Translations under genes and position numbers: made by a program
Part shown: positions 12,847 to 24,300 of the stretch, piece by piece
Layout of the letters: each line of letters opens with the position of its first letter
Position numbering within the stretch: the stretch's first letter is position 1
Assembly (NCBI GenBank): GCA_036172245.1
Contig: JAYWIR010000001.1
Location: 7,936,001-8,000,000, forward strand
Length of the DNA: 64,000 nucleotides
DNA from: Raillietiella orientalis
Lineage: Eukaryota
Reading direction: 5' to 3'
The notes under the pieces: generated by a model
What the model was told of the DNA's origin: nothing
Databases searched by the model: none
The model's input: the letters and a program-made list of their open reading frames with translations, nothing else

Positions 12847-13075
12847 CTCCAAGCCTGGACGTACCGATTCATCCTGGAGAGGATTGAGGACGACGCCCGG
12901 GACCAAACATCTGGAAACCCACCCTGAATGCAGAACTTTGAGTAACCCAAAGGACCTTAAAGTGAAAGTGGTAGTATATTGTGTGAATGGAAATTGTAGT
13001 ATGAATATTTAAAAATTGAAAAATAAATTTACCCCACCCTAGTAGGACTTGGAGAAAATTGTAATATTCTGCGTC

Positions 13076-13560
13076 GTGGGAGTGCGTTTATATTTTCTGA
13101 CTTTCGAATCCGGATGGGAGCCCTCCATCTTTTTTTTGGCTTGTTGGCCTCTGAAGGGGACAAGGACGTGGAAAGTACGGTTTCCGCGTGAACGTGATCG
13201 CCGTTTTTCGCTTTTTTATTCCCGGGCTCCTTTGAGCCCGGGCATGTTACCGCGATTCCTCGATAGGACCGTTTAAGCTGCCTTCTGAGCCTCTGCGCTC
13301 TTTCTTTTGCGGCTTCCCTGAAGCGAGATGAAGCGCGAGGGGCGTGGCGAGCGAGGACCTCTGCTGCTTGCCGGCATTCCGCTGCGCATTTTTGCGGGGC
13401 CTCTGCCGTACGCACTCTTTTTCTTTCGCCGCGTTCTCTTTTTTTTCCGCGACCCTTTTTGCGCGTCGAAGCCTTTCGGCTGCCTTTTTTCGTGCAATAT
13501 CTGGACACTTCTTCAAATCGTGCCCGGACTGCTTGCAATAGCGGCATTTACCTGAGGGTC
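13076..13560 (-). mobile_element. Host LINE, segment 1 (basic K/R-rich ORF1-like region)
   Basis: K/R-rich minus-strand ORFs (13029-13547). Joins segment 2 across the 18-bp TSD. The right boundary is approximate. Confidence 0.45.
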
Positions 13561-13599
13561 ACTTTTGTAGACCGTGCCCCTCCTCGTCGCATTCCTCTC

Positions 13600-14200
13600 A
13601 TGCGCGAGGTTTGCCTGCGTACCACAGGTGAACGACCGTGTTGTTCAACTGCAGCTTCGCAGGTAGAAGCCGGCGGTCCGGCATGGTTAGTCGGACTGCG
13701 GCGATTCCGCCGCGGATGGAATCCCCCGGAGGCAACTCCAAGGAGGATTTGAAACTCCTCTTCGTTCGGAGTGCCCTTTGGCCAGAGGCCTCTCTGGAAG
13801 TTTCTACACGGGATCGTTGCTGCATGGAGTAAAGCGACAGGAGGGCCCAGACATAGGGATGCAATCCACTTTGCTGTCATTTCATCCGGAGGGCAACGCG
13901 ATAGCCCTACAGTTAAAATAACATACATCAAGACCTTACCGACATTGCACAGAGAATGTACTGCCACCATTCGACAGTGATTCCTTCCCGCATTCCCTCA
14001 AAGTGTATTTATTGTTATTTTTTTTTTCATGTTTTCTTTGTGTTTGTCCGCTCTGCTGTCGTAGTGGACCCCGCCGGTCTGTAAACCTACGACCCGGCAG
14101 ATCTTCAAATTGTGCGTGGTCGGACCATTGGTCCAACCACAGTTCTTGTAGTATGTTTGTTCTTGAAATAAGCTTCGGCGCTCCCAAGTGGATATCAAAC
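13600..14200 (+). mobile_element. Fragment D: decayed 3' end of the same LINE family as inserts A and C
   Basis: LHGIVAAWSKATGGPRHRDAIHFAVIS aligns with IRGILEKCTASRRGRTSRNAIHWPAIS of insert C. T-rich UTR. Terminal motif aataagcttcggcgctcccaagtg resembles aataaaagccccggcttacccaagtg of C. Confidence 0.7.
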
Positions 14201-17200
14201 ATCTTTCGTTGTCTCTTATCCAATTCTTTGATTCGGATGCTCCTCTATTTCCATGCGATTACGCTCTGCGTGTTTCGAGCTGCCATCAAAAAGCCACCGG
14301 ACTGAAGAAGCACAGTCTCCTTGCTGGTGAAGGCTGAGAAGGAATCGCGCACGTTCCCCATCCGAAGAATATTAACTACATTTCAATTCGTCCGGAGAGA
14401 AGGATTCCCCGTACGCATATTTTTTTTATCACGTGATGACTAGTGACCGTTTGTTGCCACGACATGACACCTGAGCAGATGGTTTTAAGGATTTCGTCAG
14501 CAGCATGAGAAGAGAACGTACCGGGTAGGGCAGATTCAACAAAGAATCCTGGGCAGTTTTTATGGAAGTTGCTGCAGCTGGTCTCCTTAGGCAAGTATTC
14601 CTGTCCCGGTAATCCATTTGATGGAAAAAGGTCTTTCTGAAAAGTGGTTTCACATCTCCAAGATACAAATCGAATGAGTTCTCTTCTTAAGTGAGCTCCT
14701 GTATAGGCATTTTCTCCAGGGAGATGGAGTTCTGGCCAAGCGCGCTAGCAACGTCACGGTACACTCCTGGATTTTTGTCACCGTATCTTGAAGGAGGACT
14801 TTCCACAGAGTCCAAATTGCCAAATTCCGTGGCAACATCTTCCAGGCGGCGGATCTGCATGGCATATTAATAAATCACTTTTGTGTGCTACCATGTCGTC
14901 CTTGTACTCTTCGATTCTCATTAAGCGGAAAGGTGTAGAGAATGTGCAGAAAATGGCTCTGCCCATGTGTAAATCTGAGTCGGAATCCCGGATTGCAGCA
15001 AGTTTGAAGGGTCTGCGATTCCTCTCGCCTTTACTCACGGAAGTAGGAAATGGAGAACTAGGAGGAAGCGAATGGATGAGAAATCATGAAAGTGCTGGAG
15101 GAAAAAAAGTTGAGAAAAATACACTCCTGGAAATGATGGACAGTCGTTCCTACCATAGTTGATTCCTTGCCCCTTGCATTCAAGTGGAACTCATTCAAGT
15201 GCCCCCGGTGCTACTGGGAATCCGCATAAAATCAGGTGTTTGTGTATCGACGTCACGCGGTCGGGCATCTCAAAAAAAAGTTACCCACACCTTGCAAGCT
15301 AGAACTGCGCTAAGCAAGTGCACTGTTGATCGGTTCGTTAGGAGTACACTGGGCATGAATTCGAGAGTTGTTTCTGTGCACGATCGCGCGTTCTCGAAAA
15401 AGCAATGCACCGACACACCTCTTGGTCTTCCTTGGGATGAAAAGAAGGAGAGTAAAGATCGAAACACCATTTCCGGATAACAGCGACCAGGAAAATATGG
15501 GACATGGGAGAGCGTTGGCACACTTTCTACCTTGCTTTGCTTTCGAGCAAACACCAGATATCCTGACAGGAAGTCGAGAACATGGAAGTCGAGGACATTG
15601 AGAGAAGTGCGAAAGCAAACCACAATGGAGAGATGACACTGAGCTCTCATGCGGCATTGCTTTCTTATTGCTACCGACTGTTCAGTGTGCCGTAAGCACG
15701 TCCTGGGATCGATCACTTGAGAGTTTGCGACTTTCACATCCCACTGATTTCGATCCTGACACAAGTGCATCTCGTGTGGTAAAACTAGCTGTGTATATCT
15801 GTCAATACATGCAACTTGTTGTCTGGAAGACCTCGGATATAGAGACCAGGTATTACGTCTTTCTAGAAAACAAGTACGTTGTCAAGGGGGCACTCGAGGA
15901 AGGGTGGATCCATCTCTGCTGTGAGGATGTCTCAGTGAAGATGGATTGCATACAGTGACCCCTAAAGTAATTTGTAATATGTTACAATGATAGAAGAATT
16001 GTGATGAAAAGGGCTCTAAACAATGATGCAAAATGAGTGGAGTGCAATAACAAGCGTTTATCAAGGTTATGTGCGCTTAATGAAGAAGAAAAAAAGATAC
16101 TGAGTAAGTGCCATCCTGTTTAGAAGCATAGAAAAAGCTGAAATCATGAAGCCTTTAATCCAAATGGAAGTCTTTAAGCATGCGTTCTGTGGTAATCTTC
16201 TGGATCATATCTACCAGGGAGCCTCGTTGAAGAAAAAACTTCCTCTGTTGAAACTCGAAGGGACGCTTTGTGTTTCAGGGGGAATGTTTACATATTGGTC
16301 AGCAAGGATCGTGTTCGAGCATCTTGCGATCTTTGCGCATGGATGTGGCTTTTGTAGCTCTCCCTGGAAAAAGATATCTTTACTTCTGAAGAGAGTGAAG
16401 GAGCGACACGATAATCATTGTGAGAGAAGTCAAAGATTGGAAGATGGAGGCTCGCTTGGGAAGGCGCACAGGCAGTCACAAAAGAACACGACCTTGTGAT
16501 GGGAGCATATCCTGGACGAAGTCACATTTCGAGTTTCTATTTCCAAGGCCGGAAGAGTACGCGCTGCCACGAATTATGGATAAAGAGTATTCTGCCATCT
16601 AACATCGTCTAGTAAAATCCGCTGCGTGCACGTATTGACCACCAGGCAAGCGAGGTAGTCAGCCGTGTAGCCAGCCATCTTCTAAACGACAGAGCGCCTC
16701 TCATCTAAGGGCATTAGCTGTTGGCCGAAATAGTCTTAGGAGAAAAAGATTCTAAGTGATCCTCGAGAGCACCGAACATAAATCTCGGCTGCTTTCTCGG
16801 TCTCTGAGGCATCTCAGAGAGAATACTTTGTGTTGTTTCAGTCAGAAGAAATCCCTTAAGGAACCACTCTGATAATACCAGGAAAGCTCCAAAAATGGAT
16901 CCATTACTCTGATGTCCTAGTCGGGAATTTACTCTCTGGTTCTCACTCAAGGAATCTTATAGGAAACTTCTGATTTTCCTTTTTCTCTAAAAGAAACCTC
17001 ACCGTATTTTCCTACCGAGTCTTGAGAACAAAAAGTTTCTACAAAGTGAGGTGATACGAACTCAGTCAACAGGGGCGAAAGTTTGCTTTCATCCCTGTTG
17101 ATGTCAAGCAAGTCGGCTCCATGATAGACAAGAGAAGAAATATGCGAAATTATGTGACTTCTCTAAATATTTTGCAAAGTCCGCCTTCAATTTTTACTAG

Positions 17201-17319
17201 TAAATCAACATACGCAGTTTTCAAGCGTCCATCTAGTGTTAATCCTAAAGCTGTCGAGCCAATCAGCGCCCTAAAGTTGGAATCTTAACCTAAGACGCAC
17301 GCATTTCCGGAGTCGTCCT

Positions 17320-17349
17320 ATCGCTTCTCGGCCTTTTGGCTAAAAAAAA
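17320..17349 (+). pseudogene. U2: Retroposed U2 snRNA 5' fragment (nt 1-24) with oligo-A
   Basis: atcgcttctcggccttttggctaa (17320-17343) is the conserved U2 5' end. It runs into an A tract and is flanked by gtcgtcctat (17312-17321) and gtcatcctat (17351-17360). Confidence 0.88.
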
Positions 17350-17580
17350 GGTCATCCTATACGGGAATTCGAATTCGCAATGCTTGTAACTGGGAAAGGC
17401 AGTCGCATTCACACCAAGTCAGATAGGAAGTCTGACTATTTTTGGACTTGCTATCTGAGTGGGTGTGGACTGCCTTCCTATCTGATGGTCAGCGTAATAT
17501 AACCTAATCTAAGTCAGTGAAACGGCTTCTGAATTGCAATAACCAGAATTCACTGTTCACTGCAGGCTTATGTTGGTTAC

Positions 17581-19118
17581 CTGACGCTTGGAGAGGATTG
17601 GTGAACTTTGCTGCTGTTCATCCATGCTGCTGCGCTCCTTAAAATCGGCTTCCAGCATCTTTGAAATCTTAGTAAATTCTACAGAAAGAAATACTTTGTA
17701 GTTTCCAGATTTTCTAAGAAGAAACATTCACCATCGTGGTATAGCTTTCCAGGATCGATAAGTAACATCACGTCTGAGTATTTTCTAGCAGCAAGGGTTG
17801 CAGTAGAAATTTCTTCGAAGGTCAGCGGTCGACAAAACGAAAGGAGGTAGGAAAACGACGCTATGTACCTTAAAGCCATTAGAATCAGGCAATAATTGGG
17901 GTGCACTAAGTCGGACCAACGGTCAATGAACTCTTGGAAGCCAATAGTATTCTCTTCTAGAAAAACGATGCGTTCTGCCGGGAACTCGTAGGATGGGATT
18001 TCTTCCGATTCGACATCACGTTTAACATTACTGTAGTGGTCATTGAGTTTTATATCGAGGTCTTCAATGTCTTCTTGACCAAAGATACGCTGGCATTTGT
18101 CACATATGTAGTCTGAAGTTAACTGCATGCAGTTCATTGGTACCAAGTATCCGGAGCATTCTCCGAAACACCTCACGGAACCCACGTTGGATCCCAGTTC
18201 TGTTGGATCCAAGCAACGTTTGCATTTGCACAGGAAACCATTGATATACCACAGTCTGCGGCGACGTTCTCTAGTGGGCAGTATGGTGCTAACTCTGTTG
18301 ACGTTTAAGTGGTCATTTTGTGCGACTGAAGTAGTGCAGAGTAGAGAGACCAGCCGATTTCCCTCAAATAGAGCCATACAGTTCGGGGAGCAGCTGTGTT
18401 CGTAGAGAGAGACATTCCACAAAATACACCTTAAAATGTGTGTTTGTTTAGTCATACTAGCGCACTCTATGCTTCTTCTGTTCTGAAGGACAATGACTCT
18501 TTCCAGCAGCTCTTCCGGAAATTCGTCAGCAGTAAAGAACGTGTAGAATCTGGAAATACTATGTCTCGCAGACTGGTTAGAGTAATCCAACGTCCGTGTC
18601 AGATTCTGCATAGTTGATCCCGGTGCTTCCATTTGCAGTAGTCGTGCCCACGAGAATGGGTTGGTCCACTTCAATGCTAAGGCACGCATCAGAGGAATCA
18701 AACGATAATCATCTTCACAAATCCTATTGTATCGAAGGTTGTGGCTGGCAAACAGATAGCACTCAGGTTTGTGGAACCAGCTGGACTCGCAAGAGGGTCT
18801 GCAAAGTGGCCAGCCACAACTTCTGCAACGGTATCGCACTTCCACGATGTTCGCAAAGCATCCTAGGCAGTGAGGTCTCTTTCTCACGGCCCACATTACT
18901 AGAAGATCGTCTTTCAACACCAACCTTCCTTTTGGAAAATTTCGAGCTGCGACCAAATAGTTGCCACCTTCGGGGCTCCTTCGAATTCTAAATGTATTGC
19001 AGTGCTTTTGGTGGATACCCCAATGCAAGTTCTGGTGCACCACGCTACAGTACCACTGCTCCCTGCAGCCAAAGCAGCAAAGAGTAGCTGCGTTTGTGCA
19101 CACACTGCATTTTCTCAT
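17581..19118 (-). CDS. SET and MYND domain protein (SmydA/Msta-like), copy 1; exons 19118-17732 and 17678-17581, further 3' exon(s) likely
   Basis: N-terminal MYND CSVC..CFGC..YCSVVHQ..W..H..C; split SET with inserted CLGC..CRSCGWPLC..HKPEC; EHSCSPNC; post-SET CKCKRC-DPTELGS. Predicted 53-nt GT-AG intron 17731-17679. ATG placed at 19118 by alignment with the paralogs. Confidence 0.9.
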
Positions 19119-20439
19119 TGGAAAAAGAGTGAGAACCAAAAGTATGCTCCCAAGATGGACTACAGAAAAACAAATGCAGATCATTGCACAGATGCTGCAG
19201 GTGAGAAACTAGTTCCTCCCAGCCCAGCATTTTCCACAGGATGAAAACGTTAAGGGGACCATCATGGGTTGAGGACTCACTAAATGTGAAGTGACCATAT
19301 GAAATCTGCGCATTCCTGATAATTTAAACAAGAGCAAGTGAATTTCAGAAATTTTGAAAGCAGCAAGAGGCTCTCAGAATCCGAATTGTTTGTTCATATC
19401 CATGCATCCCTTTGTATTCGTTCTTCTAATGGAAAAGAACTAGAGAGCCGGAGGACGCCTTGCTGTCTTGTCAGGACTTGGGTTCAATGTGCTAAGGCGT
19501 CGCTGACAATGCAGCAGAGCGGGAGAGTGACCCCTGAAGACTAGCAGGCTGCTGCGTTACTGGATCATACCCAGGATTTTGAAAGTGACTTATTGCCCCG
19601 GAAGGAATAACGCGATGATAGGTTGCGTGAAAGGCATCATTCAGAAAATCGTGGCACTTTGGTGACATCATGTTAACGGTGGCAATAAACAACGCTCATG
19701 TATGAACTGCAAACAGAACAGACACACAAACGCTGCCCGTGGTTCCTGCAACGCTCAGCAAACACCAACTCGACAGCCGTCTAATGCGGCCGTCCACATT
19801 TATTCTGTACGTTTGTCGTCGCGCATGTGTATTTCTACTGTTGCTGTTTCAGTGTCAGAAGAAAGAAAGCCTGCAGCAGGGCTGCTGGTCATTTTCCTTT
19901 CATGCGAACCGCCTGTCAGAGTTGAACCTGACTGAAGGCAACGCAGGTGCCAATTTCTTGCGGCCACACGATCGTGATTACCAGTGGACACGATAACTCA
20001 ACGATTGCTGAAGGACGAAGCGGCACGTGAAAAGCTTCGAAAACTTCCAGCATCCTAGCAGTGTTTGAAAGCCTTTCCTAGTGTGGATGATTTCGAGAAA
20101 TTTCCCAGTCGCGTTGAATCAGCTTCGCTTCTTCAGAACCGGCAGAAACCACAGAACCATGGCAGATGAGTAGCACTGCATTTACCAAATCTGCGTAGCA
20201 CGGATCGGTATGAAGTAAAGCAAGGCTGGAGGTTGCAGAGACGGAGACGTGGATCACCTTGGAGTTTTGCCACGAATGTTGGTGTATGCCACGTCGTGAG
20301 CTGTGCATTCCACCGCCAACGCGGAAACACGAGGGACTTCATCTTTAGAGCAAAAGGCAACCAGCAATCCCCGTAGTGCAAGACATGTGCAGAAGAGTTT
20401 CGTTTCAGTGCATTCACGTATATACTACTATGCAGCTTC

Positions 20440-21390
20440 ATTTGAACATACGTATTTTCTTATTGATATGCATTTCGCTAAAAAATACACATATTTCTAA
20501 AAATAAATGCATCTATGTTTAATTTGCATATGATTAGGAACATGTTTATTACATATATGTATGTTTTTCGATAAGATTAATATGTAGCCTAATAGATATT
20601 GTGAATGGTGTGACGAATAAATATATTCGCTGATTATGTATTTTGACATTAGCAATGAAATGTTCACATATATGGATGAATATGTAAGTCAATTCAACAT
20701 ACAAATTTATTTTTATAAGTAATCATTTTCATTCTTACATATATGTTGATTATGTAATTTACCATGCAAACATACCAATAATAAAAGTATATAAAATATG
20801 GATATGAGTATGGATTTGTAAACTTATCCATTTATCCAGAGATTCAAATCCCAAAAGACCAATTCGTCATGTACTGAGTGCTGGAAATAAGAAATGCAAA
20901 GTTCTTTTCTTCTCTTACGATGTGTTGCTTTTTTATTTCTTCCAGTATTTTTGATGTCCATGATTATTTTTTATTCTTTATGATTCCATATTTATGCATT
21001 TAATACATATTTCAACAACATACATGTTAATACATACATCAATGCACACTGAATAATAAATGTAATGTATATACATTTTACATCTCTGTATTCTCATGTT
21101 CAACATAATATGTATTTTATAATATTATATATAGAAATGTTAATAATGTAGCAACATATATTAATTCCATTAATATTGAGCACGTGAAAAAATATAGATA
21201 ATATATAGATTTGAATACATTTGTATAATAATCTGTATCAATCTGGTTTGTATAATAATCTATTAATGCGCGTAATAAGCATATGTATTGTTTGTAACAC
21301 TTTTATTAACGCAATGTGTATCATTCTACACTAACCTATAAACAGACGTACCTATTAAAACATAAAATAAGCACTTGCAATTATTTTCAT
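20440..21390. repeat. AT-rich low-complexity island (possible MITE/Helitron relic)
   Basis: Abrupt shift to very AT-rich sequence with ACAT/ATAT motifs and a 15-nt direct duplication tttgtataataatct (~21220 and ~21247). Confidence 0.5.
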
Positions 21391-24300
21391 GATCTTCGGG
21401 TATTCTGGTGGTTCGGGACTTCGACGTCCAGGACTTCAAACCAGACCAGGTTCCAGAGATTTTTCCTTTGGTGGGCATTCCTTCTTGAGAGAATAGTCAC
21501 GCGTACTTCGCTTTTCGCTCTGTGTGGGCATTTTAGGTCTATGCTACCCACCCAGGGGCACCACTGTGAACAGAAGGATCGATGCTAGGAAACGCCATGA
21601 GGTCCTGCAATCTGCCGAGTCGCATTCCCACTGCCGGCCGGTGACCACGGGAACGGAAGCCTTGACCTCGACGTGGGTCACCGTAAGTCGCGGACAAGCA
21701 GAGTCCGATTCCACCATGGAATTGGCAACGACGTACATTCTCCTTTGGGGTTCTGCATTTCGGGTTGAACTCGGAGATGATTTCGTTCACATGGCGTATT
21801 TGTTTCATACTCATTCGGAGAAAATGCTCATTTCTACTTCACGTGTCCGCAAAAGCTTCAGTACCCATTGCTGCAGCTGCAAATTTGGAATTAAAGACTA
21901 ACGATGTGACAGCACAATGCAGCTCTCGGTCGATTTTACACAGACTGTTCGACTGTATCTCCTTTAAGGGATCAGAAGGGACTTTCCTGCTAAAATCGCA
22001 AATAATAATCTGCATCTGTCACAGCATGAGGATGAAGGGATACCTGGCAAATCAATCAATCAATCTTTCTGAAGAAAATTCACGAGCACGAAACAGTGTG
22101 AATGAAGCTTTGTTCCTATCCTTGAGACGTACGTAGAAACTTGAGTCACATCTTATGCTCTAAATCTGGTAAATCTTCAGCTTCCTGCTTCCGAAATCTT
22201 CAAACTTTCCTAAAATTCTTATTTCCGAGTTTTCATGGATCGAAATTTCCATTAATGCATGTCTTGAAAAATGAAGTCGCGCCCGTAGTACCAATCGCTG
22301 TGCTTCTGTAGCGTGCTTGCTACGTGATTAAGCCTTCTGTGGAAGATGATGACTTGGTGATGCTATACATAGTGATGCCACATTACAGTAAAGTTAGAAA
22401 ACTTGCACAAGATGCCAGAAGCTGCTTTCTGCCAGCACATAGATGAGTAAGTCAGCAAAGAAACAAGTAGACATCATCTTCACTTGACTCAGTCACATAG
22501 CATGCTAACAAGTGTTCCAAAGTGCGTGATTTTCGAAAGAAAGAGAAATCAGCATAAGCGAACTCCGTTGGGAATCCTGTTGACAACGGCCTCACAGCTG
22601 CAGAACTCAAGATTGCTTGCTGCAGTCTTATGCTAATCAAACTTCGCCGATGCTACAATGTTTGCAATAAGGTTTTGAAAAGTAGAACTTGGTTATAATG
22701 CTCTTCGGTGTTTTACCTAAAAGGGATCTGTCACTTTCAGTTCGGGTTTCGTCACAAGCACCGCGAAGCTGCAGAGATCGGGAGCAGTCCTCTAGAGAAT
22801 GGTAACTGCGTGTGGCATACTTTTCTCAGTTTCTCAGTCAGTCTCTGTTCTGGAAGGTTCACTGAAATTCACCTGCCGCGGACGACTAGAAGACGTAGTA
22901 GCGTATATCCCCATTTGGAACTGTTCTGCAGTGTACAGAATAGCCGCGGCACGAACAGTCCGAAGCTTTACCAATCAGAGGACGATCAAGATTCTCACCG
23001 GCCTCGTCTCAAGTGTTCTCAAATTGGAACTCCTGCCTCCTCACAGAGTCAGGAAAATCACTGCAGAAGAACGTACACAAAAAAGACTGGCACAGGTGGA
23101 GCATGAGGCGCCCCTGCCACCACTGCAAAGTTTTCCTAAGAAAATTTGTGAATCATTCGATCCTGCGCAGCATCCCCAAAATGCCTATTTTGAATGCATT
23201 TCAAGAGATTTCTGGTGTTGAGGGAGAGCTCACATCCAGAGCTGTGCCGAACATCGTGTTGCAAAGCAATTAAAAATCCTTTTTGAGCCTGGTTGTTTCT
23301 TGAGCATTCGTGAGAAGAATGAGAGACAATTCAAAGTGATTGTCACCGTACAAGATTGTTCTCGGGCATCTGAGCTGTAGACACTGCAAAAAGGAGATCT
23401 GAAGATGGATCTAATCAAATATTCTTTAATAGAAAAGCTCATTACTACTCGACAGGAAACTGTATTTATCAATTTATCTCTCTTTGACGTCGCAAATCTA
23501 CAAATCATTACCATTCCAATATTTGTCATCACTACTCGTACTCCCATGAGTTATTAGTTTCAATGTATGTATCCACCAATAAAGCTATACTTAAATATAA
23601 AACCACGAAAACAAACACATCATTCTTATTCATGTAATACAACCTCATCAATCTCAACTGACATGACACTAAATACGCACAAAGACATAACCAACCTTCC
23701 AAAACCATCACATTCTATCATTATATCATCTCCTCAATACACCACTCGCCTCCTCATACAGTTATTTTTCAGACCCTGAAGGAAAAATTGAGCAAGACAA
23801 TACAAAATCATTGAAGTGGACATCCTATTATTCCCTCATCTCCTCCTACCAACGTTTTACCTACGATTACACTTATACAGCAAATTGAAAAATCAGTCAC
23901 AACTATTTTCAAACTCTGGTCACAAATCCGGAAACGAAGACCAATTTCCCGACTTTTATATTTGTTTATGAGGGCATCATAAAGGTTATCCCTCGTTCAC
24001 ATGCTATGTTACTGACTCATGTGAGGATGTTTCTATTTGTTTCTTTGCTGACCGACTTACCTATGCGCCAGCAACAAGCGACTTCCGGCCTTGCTCCTAA
24101 GTTTTTTCAGTTCACGAGAGCGACACCAAGACTATGATCCTTCAATAGAAAAACACTGAAGATGGTAAAAAGATGAGGTGAGGAGTGTGAGGAGTTTAAT
24201 AGGAGTGTTTTTCTGCCACGTAATCGTGTTTTGCTAGCTGTTTGTGTCGTAAGGTTGGGGACTGCAAAGTCCTCTTCTGCTGGAATTTTACTCACGAATT

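Larger units (their letters stand above)
6192..13057 (+). mobile_element. Insert B: L1/Tx1-like LINE with near-complete but disrupted ORF2 (APE-RT-zinc knuckle), interrupted by insert C
   Basis: APE at 6192-6811, RT region at 10109-12846, AATAAA at 13022, short A run. Flanked by the 18-bp direct repeat attgtaatattctgcgtc (6174-6191 and 13058-13075). Confidence 0.88.

Noticed and set aside
19119-19184. Hydrophobic signal-peptide-like N-terminal extension of SMYD copy 1
   Set aside because: It overlaps the polypyrimidine tract and splice acceptor conserved in all copies, and the paralogs start at the position equivalent to 19118.
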